Program-made: the position numbers and the translations under genes
The notes under the pieces: generated by a model
Database searches by the model: none
Told to the model about the DNA's origin: nothing
The model's input: the letters and a program-made list of their open reading frames with translations, nothing else
Assembly: GCA_905178155.1 (NCBI GenBank)
Contig: CAJINV010000001.1
Span: forward strand, 14,315,984 to 14,379,983
Origin: Amoebophrya sp. A120
Taxonomy: Eukaryota; Protista; Dinoflagellata
Length of the DNA stretch: 64,000 nt
Direction: 5' to 3'
Shown: in pieces, positions 47,301-57,932 of the stretch
How positions within the stretch are numbered: the stretch's first letter is position 1
Layout of the letters: every line of letters starts with the position of its first letter

Positions 47301-50300
47301 GCCTGATCCGCCGGGACCGCCTTGGTCGCAGAAGGAATTCTGAAGACTCGGCCTTCTCGCCCTGCGGCGAATCCGAGAACGTGTGCAGTGGCGACCCAGC
47401 TTCCATCCGAAGACCGAAAGAGACAACGTTACTAGCAGGAGACGCGGACGGCTTCTGTTCTTCTGTAAGAGCGGCAACTGACGAGGAAGTTGTGTTAGCG
47501 TTGTCTGTGTGCTGTTTCCTCGTGACCATCGAGGAAGCAGTCAGCGACAATGACAAATTGTTGCATGCTCCTGGAATGCGTGGCGCTTCCTGATCTACTC
47601 CGGCAGAGTGCACCGCCGCGGCCTGGTGCTCTTCTACTTGCGATTGCGATTCCTTATTTGGGCCTCCCGGAGCCGGTGTCGTGCTTGTCAGCAGCAGCGG
47701 CGCAACGACAGTAGAATCTTCTGGTGCGCTGGACAAGGAGCGATTTGACGCCGGCGCTAGGGTTGTCTTAGTTGTGGTAAGGGGCGCGCCGGTCGTGGTC
47801 GTTATCGTAACGGATGCCATACTAGCCGGAATGTCATTCGTGGTGGACGAAGAGATCCGTAATTTGCTCAGCTTCGCGCTCTGCACAACTCCGGGATGAA
47901 CTTCCACTGGTTGCATCTTCCGCGCACGTCGCAATTGTTCGAAAAATCGCTGCGAGCACGGACGACTGGCCCAGACGCGGATTGTACGACCCTCATCGAG
48001 CGTTTTTTCAACAGGAAAGGTCTTCTTCTTTACGTGCTGTGGGTCGGGATTTTCATTTTTGCTTGCCGAGAGATAACTTCCCAAAGGCGAAGATGAAGCG
48101 CCGGCTTTAATATGCTGCAATTCCGGAGATGACGCAGGTGCAGTTGGGGATGTTGACCCAGTACCGCTATCGATTGCGTTGGTCCTCCCCCCGAGCCAAC
48201 TCACCAAAGTTGCGGGAGGACTGCTTTTATAAGTCGTCGTTTGTGCTGACGAGGCCTTCTGCTGCTCCACAGCAGATGATGTACTAGCAGACCACGCAAA
48301 GGCAGACGCGAGCAAAGGCGAGCCGGCATTGGAGGGCGGAGGCAGAGCGAACGACTTTTCGACGCTTGGGCTTGGGCTGTCGTACTCGATCCAGATCTCC
48401 TTGGGATCCGTGCAGAAGTAATTTTGCGACAGACGATTCTCGAGCCTCGGGGGTTCAGGTCCATAGAAGGAAGACGGATCCAGAAAGGGCTCACAAGCCT
48501 TGCGCAAAGGATGACCGTCAAGAGGGCGGTCGTGCTTCTTTCGTTGCGGCTTACTCGTCCAGCTGGTTCCACCCGGTCGATTCGCCCGTCGAGAAGCGGC
48601 TTGGCGTTTCCAGTCAGGGTCCTGTTTTTGGATAAATCGCTGGCCGCGTGGCGCAATTTTATCTTCCGACGTATACTGCGAAAAGGGAGCTGCACGAGCT
48701 GTCATCGCAACCGGGCGAATTCTGTACTTCGGTTTGTCTTCTTCAGAGTCCTCGTTTTCGCTTTTGCGTCCCCGGGAAGTGTGCACGCAGGCTAGCATCG
48801 CGTCTCTGAGGCTTGGGACCTGCGGCATAATGAATGGGGATAGTTTATTGTTGCAATGGTCTGTGCTGCTAGTGGTGCTTCCCGCCGTAGTAGCGCTCGT
48901 AGCTGGTGCTTGTCGAAGATCATTGTTGTCGCGACGGGGCGTAGCCGGGACACCGGAAGCGCCGATCTCGTGGTTTGGCAGCGTTTTCGCTCGTCGCAGT
49001 GCCGGCTGTCCGGAACGATTCTTGCGCTCCAGCATTGCTGCCGCGTTGGCGACATTTTTGCTGCAGGCGCTAAGCTTGTTCGGAGCCAAAATCGCATCGC
49101 CTGCGAGTTCCGTGAAGTTTTTGGCAATCACTGGGCGCGCTGCGTCGTAAGTATCGCGCTCTGCGCGAGAAGTCTTAAAGCTTGTCCACATAGAGGACGC
49201 GCGAAAGTCCAACAACTTAGCGTCCTGCCATGCGGCGCCTTCGTGGCCAGCAAGAGTACTACAACCGGCAACCTCATCGAGGTCCACAATGCCCTTTTGG
49301 ACGACACTGCTGCGGTCGGACCTAGAAGCGGAGGTTGCAGAGAGTTGCTCCGGGTAGTCGTTGCTGCGGAAAATACTGCGAGAAGATGGTGAAGATGCGC
49401 CATTACCGATTTTTCCACTTCTGTCAAGCTGTTGCTCTACCTGTAAAGTACCGGATGAACCTGGTGATGCTTCGGAGCAGAACCCCAGTCCAAAATCGTG
49501 CAGAAGAGCGCCATTGGAGGACGCGGAAGAGGAAGACGTCGTGCTCGTGTCTTCGCTGCTGGATGTCAGCGCTGTGCCTGTGGACGTTTGTCTGCACCAC
49601 TCAGGAATCGTTCCCAGTATATCGCTGGTCGTTGCACCACTCGGTCCTGAATCCCCAACAGCACCAGCAGTAGAGACGCAGTCGCTATCTTTCGTCGAAG
49701 CCTGCTGCAGCCTGCCTAGCAGCGCAATAAGGGTGGAGGCGGTACTGTTAGACTCACCAGCAGGCGAGAGGCTGGGAGGGATGATGAAAGGACTACTTCG
49801 CTTTGGCAATTCCAGCTCGGGATTCGATCGGGGGAGAAGTTTCAAGACACTATCAGCTATGTAGGGAGACGAGGACGGAAACGATGGCGGGGGTGGCTGC
49901 AATGTCGAGACTGCAGGTTGATGATCGTCAATCTCTTTCTGTTCGTTTACTCCTGCTCGAGTACCAGGCCCCTCGTCCACGGGTCGTCGTGATTCGGAGG
50001 TACAAATGCTTGTTTCCAGATCCTCGCGTGCTGTAGCTACCACACGTCGGCCAGTTGTGTTCTTGTAGCTGTCCTCCCGTGGAGTTCTTGTAGTCGAAAA
50101 GTCTTCTACACCCGCCACATTGGAGCTCAAGTTAGGTGCAGTTCTGGGCGCCTGGAGTGCCAAGGGCGGAGACCCCCGCCGGGTCGCAAAGGACGCGCTC
50201 CGGGGCCCCCCGGCACCACGGCCGGCGAAGATGCCTGTTTTCTGCAGACTTTTCTGGAACTTCTCCTCTCGCCGTGCCTCTCGCTTGCGCCGATTTTCGT

Positions 50301-50830
50301 CCGCCCGACGGCAAGCGGCTGACCAGCTCCGCACCTGCTTTAGCCTCTGGTGGAACAGTTGGTCGTCCTTTTCCTGGTAACTGACGACCGGGACAAAGCT
50401 ATGCTCAAGATACTCCAGGGTCTGTTTCTTCTGGTCGAGCATTGTCATGTGGCAAGACCACCGGGACTCGCACTTGTCGACGACAACATAAATTTCCGGC
50501 ATGAAGCTGTTTTGCCATGGTGCGGGAGGAGAACTACTGCTGGCATGCAAGAAGCAGTTGGTCGTTGAAGGGGACGTAGCCGCACCGGTGGTCGTCGCGC
50601 AGTCCAGAATCGGCGCGGAACCGCCCCCCAGTTGCGCTACGGTCGAACGCATCCATCTATGCATTGCAAAAGCATCGTACTAGTATAAATCGCATCACAA
50701 ATTTTTCCATAAGGAAAAATGAAATTTGTCATGCTGATTCATCAAAAAAGGCATATTTGTCATGCATGATAGCAATTTTATTACTACGAGTACGATACTT
50801 TTGCACAGGATACCATCCCTCAAGTATCAT
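44398..50830 (-). CDS. Very large Ser/Pro/Thr-rich protein of unknown function, interrupted near its 5' end by E9
   Basis: 2088-aa ORF. Removing E9 extends it in frame (MILEGW|MRSTVAQL). The true start is uncertain. Confidence 0.7.
50658..50812. mobile_element. E9: TIR introner (family B), 155 bp
   Basis: Full-length homology to E6. TSD CCATC at 50653-50657 and 50813-50817. Confidence 0.93.
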
Positions 50831-52122
50831 CTCGTCTCGCAGAATGGTCCGTGTGCTCCGCCGCACGCTGGATGGGAGACTGTCACAAAGTGAAAGCTGC
50901 TGGTGCAACCGTAACTACCCGACCGACTACGAGGGCAAGGCCCGCTCGATGCTCGTTGAAGGTAGCACGAGCACTGCATGACCCGAGCAGGTGCTGACCT
51001 GAACCCGATGCAACGACGTCACACATTCTCTTCTTGTTCTTTTTCATTATTCGCAAAATCGAGAAAAAGTCAAAATCGTCAATCAAAATGAATCAAGCTG
51101 CAGGCTGATGCGCTTCCTAGTAGTTGAATTTCATTTGCAACACATTGCTTGACGGTCCTAGTAGTGGTCGCGGGCAGATTGATGCGCAGACGGTGAGGAA
51201 CGAAGCGATCCATATCGAGCCACTCGTTCTTCTGGAGACGCTTGTGCAGTGTATGTGTATGTATGGACGCTTGCAAGCCAGCAGGTGGCACACGCACAAA
51301 TGCATATGATTATGGCGCGGATCAACTTGCATCACGATCAGAAATAACTGCGTCCTTGTAGCTGCGCTCGAAGATGACAGGTTGTTGAGGCATTTGATAT
51401 ACATATGATCTGCCCGTCATGCCTTAACAACCTTCGCTCACAACGCAGAACTTTATTTACCTTTACGGCTGCTGCTGTACCTGTTCTTCAGTAGTTGCTG
51501 AAGATGCTATCGCTATGTCTTTCTCCTACTTTTCTTCCTTGGCACGAATAAATTTCTATCTATGCTAAAAAACGAAAAGGAAAGCGGCCAACTACATAAT
51601 TATCGCTGAACGCGTTTCGACCTCCTACCTTCCAATAAGACTATAGTAGCAGAAACAGAACAACATCAGGCAGAAGACGCTAGGCATCGAATCTGATTTA
51701 GAATCGAAATCGAATTCGAGTCGCCAGCTGGCTTCCCGATAAATGCGGATGCAGATGCGCATGCTTCGTCGTTAGACTTCGTTTACTGAAAAATAGATCG
51801 GCACCTCATCACAACAGAGGGCGGCACTCTCTTTTGGTTTTTCGCCAGGTCTTTGCATCACGTTCTACAAAGAGGCGTGTCAGTCTGGTGTGAATGAGGT
51901 CAAGGAATTGAAAAATCGTTCTTGCGTGGGTACAAGTACAACAGAAAAAATACAGGTGAGGCTTCCAATGGATGTAGTGCTTCATCCACAGGAGTATAAG
52001 AGGTACTCGGCAGATATGACGAACTAACAGAACAGTATGTAAATGTCGCTAGATTTTTTTCTCATGACAACGTCCCACTAGAGTACAATTCGTCCACTCT
52101 CGTGCTTCTTACAGGTCCTCTT

Positions 52123-55100
52123 TCACAATAGGGACACCAGGTTGCGCAGCGAGGGAGGAAGCGACATGCTGCCTCCTGCTTCTACAGTTGATTCCGATCG
52201 TTCATCAACATCTTCTGGAATCTTCCCTGCCTCTCTTCCATGTTCCTCCGTAGCCGCATCATGATCATCGCCCTCCACCACAGCTGGCTCAGTCTCCTTG
52301 TCATTAATTATCGATTCCGGCATCGTATTAAACGGGGTGATGTCGTCGTCGTCCTCGGCCCACGTTATACTCCCGTCGGAGAAAACGTCCGGCCGAAACC
52401 TCCGTAGCGCAACGTAAAGCCTGCGTGCCGCCGCGCGCTCGTGAGACGGGATCGATTTGTCATTGATGATCGGAGTGACGTAGTCGTGGCGAATTTCGTC
52501 GACATACCAGGGTCTGGGGAGTCCCGTGGCGTGGTCCAGGCCGGTTTTCACGCGACCCGGATCGTTTTCCGGCACGAAGGGCAGGTGTTGCTCTTCGCCG
52601 GCCACCTCGTCGACATCGGCCTGCGTCATCGCCCAGTTATTCCACTGCTCCTGGGCTTTCGCTGCGTACTGTTCTTTCGACGCCAAATTGAACCACTCCA
52701 GCTCGTTCACGCTCGCCAGCCAGGACAAAATCGCGGCGCGAAACCGAGCAACCTCCCGCAGCGGAATCTTTTTGAAGAGTGCCGGAACACGCAACCTCTG
52801 TTCCCGGGCCGTCTGGTCCCGGCGAGCGGGTGATCGCGCACCTTGTCTGACGCCAAGTATGTGGAAGTCGCGCAGAAACTTGGTGGGATTCGTGTCATGC
52901 AGCATGTTCTCATCCAAGTATTTCCAAAGTGTCAGGTCTTCCCCTTCCTTGATGGCCTCCGCCTCGGCAATGGGGTTCGGCAGCGTGATGCGAGAAGTTG
53001 AATCAATCACCATCTCTCGTGCGGGCTCCGTGTGGAAAATTACGGCCCAGAAATGGTCACTTCCCTTTCCCACATTCTTTCTTAGCATCTCCTCGGAGTA
53101 TATCCTGAGCAAAAACTTCCCCACCCCATAGTCAAGTTGCCAAGTCTGCAACACAAATCTCCAAGCTGAAGCTTTGGGAATTGTGCATAAGAAATTTCCA
53201 TCTGTAGTGTAGTGCTGATTAGGATTAGCAAGGAGAGCCGCATTACAAAGACGCCTGCTCGTGCTCATGCTGATACTGATTACATCAGCACTACAAACCT
53301 CAAAATACGACTACAAGTACAAATTCCTGTCATGCGGATGCGCATTACATATATTTCATCTGTAGATCTAGATGCGAATAGGCGTGACAACTATGGGGTG
53401 GAGGGGACGTTTTTGCTTGGGATAGAGTAGAACGAAAGGACCGTAGTGTTGCGTGGATCTGCAGACGGGTCCCCGTCTCTGCCAATCATCGTGTTATTCA
53501 GCTCTGTGTGCATCTTTCCGAATGTATAGCTGTCCTGGAGCACGCGCAAGGCTTCATACAGATGCAGCAAGAGGGCTTGGGCGCGGACCGAGTGCAGCAA
53601 CTCTGGAGTGCCGTTGCGCAGCATGGCGACGAAAAGCGATATGGCCTGTCGCCGTAGCAGAAGCTGGTGAAAATTCCTTCGAACAACCGGCTCGATCCTT
53701 CTACTAGAAGTAGGGGAAACGTTCGTGGCACCAGCGGCGGTGCTGGTGTCCTCGCTGGTTTTCTTGTCGTCCTGGTCTGGACCAGGGACCGAAGGGACCT
53801 CCTGCTCCCACATGCTGCCTGTCAGAGGCAGCGCTGGCTGTAATTGGGACAGCATTGGCGGCACTTGGGTCACGCCCGTTGTGTGAAAAGTGTCCGGGGG
53901 AGGATGGGGTCTACTCACAGGCGGCGTGATTTCCGCGTCCGTGGCTTCCAGAAGGACCTGCCACGGGTTCCAATCCCGAAAGAACATGCGTTCAAACCAC
54001 TTCCATTCGAAAAGCTTGGAGGTTTTGTAATATTTTTCCAAAAACTCCTTTTGCCCGGGAAAATTGTTTTGCAGCATGCTCTGCAGCGCCTTGCTTGCCT
54101 GCTCGGAGAGCGCCAGCCGCACGCCACACAGCAGACTCCAAGCGAGTCTCCCCCTTATCTCCTGCGACGCAGCGTTGGCGTCGGAAATGGCGTCGCGATC
54201 GTCCACAACCGTGCGCGTTAGCGAAAACGGCTCCGTCTCGTCCATACAGGCGGCTCCGTCCTCCACCAGGGTCACCAGAGGTTGCACGATTCCCGCCTGG
54301 TGGGCAATCTCCGCGGTGTTCAGGTCGGACAGCTCATACTCGGTCACATCCAGGATCTTCAAAATGTTCTGCAACTTTTCCATCAAACCTCCTTCGACGA
54401 GCTCGTGCACATAATCGTACTTTTATCAGCCAGAAAAGTCGTTGCAAGTAAGGATAACGGTCTTTGCACATTGCAGTGTTCGAGTTCATCCTAGCATCAA
54501 CTCCAAGAACGTGTTCGTTTGTTGTTCATCCCTATGTATCAATTATGCTCCTATATGCTATGCAAATTTTTGCTCACGTGTTTCTTCATTCACCAGCGCG
54601 TTTTTACATGCTGTATGTGCTAATCATACACTTCTCCCACAGCTGCGTTATTCGGGCCGCCGCTACCCTTACTTCTACGCTTCTTTCTGTGATAGCGTTT
54701 TCGCTTCTGCTTTGGAGAAATCCCGATACGCCTCTACTTCTTTGACACCATTGCCGCGGCTCGTGGCGGATGACTTGGAGGCAGGAACCCCCAGGGAGTA
54801 ATATTCTGTCAACGTGTGAGGCTCATCGTCGAGAATGACAATTTCTGCGGCATTTTTCGTGCTGGCTTCCTTGTGGATTTTCGAGCGGTCCAGCTCGCTA
54901 CTCGAAGTGAGTTGCTCTCCTCGTTGCTCGGTACTAGAAGTGACCGCGCTAGTACTAGCGTTAGTGATGTTAGAGTCGTCCCCCGGCCTCGGTGTTCCTA
55001 CCGGAAGCACCTCGCTCGCGCTCATTTTGGTCAGGGATTCAGGGGTGTCTCTGGACGGATCAAACCCTGGAGTGTGCCCTCGTCCATCGCGGCCTTGATC

Positions 55101-56673
55101 ATACCTGGTTATGATTATGTTGCGGTAGCAGAGCACTGATTCTTGATATTTAAAAGAATAATGATAGATGACAAAAGTGTCGATGCTTATTTTCGGTCAT
55201 GATTATGTACAACACGACGAATTAAATATATACGATACGGAGACCTGGCACACCTCCGAGCACGCGAAGTTGAATCAGAATCGTTCCGCTATCGGGCTCA
55301 TTTCGTAAGATGTTGCATGTTCCGAAGAGAATAGAAGATGAGAACCAGAAGTCAGGGAAGAAGTACTACAACCAGTGGAGAAGCTTTAGAATGTCTGAGA
55401 GTGAAGGTGCGGACGAGCAAGCATGGAAAAAAAAAAAAAGTAGTAAATACGGTGAGACGGCTTCCACGGTGGCTATGCGTTTCAGGTTCCCCTTGCTCAA
55501 ACTGCCATAGTTAACGCCTACCGGCGGCGAGAGCTTTACCTTGATCTCTTTTTTCGTCCACAGCTGTCTCGGTTTTGCTTCCGCTTTTGCCCCGCCCTCC
55601 TTCTCGTCGTCGTCTTCTGGCGCGTCCATAGCGTCCAGCTCGGCATCCTCTTTTTGCTGTTCCTGGATCCCAAGAATAGCCGCGTCCGTCGTTTTATAGT
55701 GCATCTTGAGCAGCTCCAACGCAACCGGGCTGAACTCGTGGGACTGCAACAGCTTGGACAGCGGCAGCGGCGTGCGCGCCGCGTAGACGGGTCCTCGTTG
55801 AAAATAATGATGTTTCTTCCCCGCCTGTGTTGTCCTGTTCGAAGTTGCTTGATCTTCGGCGGCGGCTGCTTTTATGCTGTCCCGTTTGGTCGCTTCGAAC
55901 TCGTCCTGCACGGCAAAGCGCTCCCATTCCAGCAGATAGCCCAAGTTGTCTTGCATAGAAACCAGACCTGTGCCGAACAACCGCTCAGCAACTTGTTTGA
56001 AATCCTTGATTGTGATCCATGCTTTTCCTTCGTAGAACAGCTGGAGCTCCTTCATCTGCTCGGTCAGCTCCTCCGCCAACTCCTGCACAAAGTGCGGCTT
56101 TCCCCTGAAGTAGTTGAAGTTTGACTACTTGCACAGTGATAGAGCAGGAGGGTGTGGGCAGATTATATGAAGAAAATGAAAAATCCCTTCCTACTCGATA
56201 GGCCGTACTCTGAAGTAATTTCTACACGATACCACGCACGATATCATGCTACCAGCTGTTCTGTTGGCTATTTCCTTGTTTTCGCGCACCACGGTGAGAT
56301 CTCGGCCTGTAGTCCCGCCCTCGAGGTTACACTTCTACAGGGGGAGCGAAACAAAATACAAATAGGCACAAGAAAAAGCAACTAATACGTACCCTGCCTC
56401 GAAGATCTGGTCTAGCACTTCCTTTCCGTAGAGATCCTCAATGGTTTGGCCATTTTGCGTAAACTCCTCGGCCATCTGCTTTACCTTCTCCGGATCGCTC
56501 TTGCCTATGGCCCAGTTGAGCATCTTTTGCAACTGCTGCTGGCCCGGATCTTCCGTCGAAGGTCCTGCGGCCGAGGGCGAGGAGTCCGCGGACGCCAGAA
56601 AAGCGCGACCCGATGCATGCAGCCCCACCACCAGCAACGTAGAAGTGCTTCTAATCTTCATCTTCGTCCACAT
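52123..56673 (-). CDS. SIL1/Fes1/HspBP1-like Hsp70 nucleotide-exchange factor with signal peptide and large insertions, about 5 exons
   Basis: LQKMLNWAIGKSDP (Fes1 N-terminal motif), ILDVTEYELSDLNTA...GIVQPLV, MLQNNFPGQ and AISLFVAMLRN, spread over ORFs 56335-56673 and 53391-54410. ORFs 55366-56088, 54675-55136 and 52123-53268 are included by position and partial phase compatibility. Confidence 0.6.
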
Positions 56674-57932
56674 GATCCTGCCGAGACGATGAAAGGGCTG
56701 TCGTTCTTGTCCTCGGGCTCTGTTTCGTGATACGCGAGAGCGATGAACTACTTTATCGGATGTAGTGTGTGGTGCTGCTTGTTACGACCTGCTTACTTCC
56801 TACGGAACGCGAACGACCGGAGGTAGTTCATTATTTGCGTAGTTTGAAGATGTACTAGTTAGTAAAGCCGTACAAGAAGTCTTCGTATTTTTGCTCTTCG
56901 TATTGTAATGCTGCGCATGAGCGTCTATCGCATTCTTTCAACAACACGCTACATCTGAAAAATTGAGCGGCGAACTTAGTCGGTTCAGTCTTACTTAGCT
57001 TTATTCTTGCAATGCTCTTACCTTGACATCATCTTTCTTGCTGCTGTCAATTTCTCTTACGCAAGGTCATATCCTAGCCGCTTTGCTTGAAAGCAAATCA
57101 CTTCAAATGATAGCAAAATCCAGGGTAGTTGTGCGTTGCTACACAAAATCAAGAAGGAGAGAAAGTTGCTAGGACGAAAACAACAATGTCTATGTCGAGG
57201 GGATCTGTCACATCCTGGTCGCCGCGGGGATCTGTCAGAAGTTCGTTAAAAGATGTGGATCACAATCCAGAGATGATGATAACGTTGGCAATGCTCTATC
57301 TGTCCGTTGATCTTTCTCCTTCATCTTCTACCGAGATCCTTTAGCTTCGTCGCTGCAGCAATGTTCTTTCATCCCAGCGTTTTGGTTTCGCGAGCTATAC
57401 TAGGCGTGAGCGTTACAATGCATTTTGGACAAGATCAAGTGTGCGCTTCTCTATCTGCTGGTAGATGAAGCTCGCTTAAAACTACATATGCAGAATGCGA
57501 TCCATCATCGTACTTGGATCGTCCCGCTCCGGGATCAACGAAAAAAACAATTTCTCTCCAGCTAAAGGATGCAGCATGACCGATTTTCTTTATGAAGACA
57601 CCGACCCTGATCATCGTTCTCATGCTCATGGCCGCGGGATACCAGATCTACATTCGTATGTGCTCATTCATGGATAGTACGCCCAATACTTTACTCGAAG
57701 TAAACGCCAAAGGGTGGGCTTATATACACATCACCATCGACAACAGTTTGCGCAGACTGTGCTTCACAGTTCTACTCACAGCGTTTGGAATTTTTCTTTG
57801 ATAATAAATGTGATGATCGTCAGTTTTTCGTAGCGCGCTTCATCATCTGTAGCATGCGATATTCAATTTGATGCACCACATGTATCATGTAGCGAACAGC
57901 ACTAGTTCCATTATACGCACGAAGCGTTCCTG

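Noticed and set aside
57592-57801. Small hydrophobic plus-strand ORF
   Set aside because: It is only 69 aa, opposite to the gene block, and has no recognisable homology.
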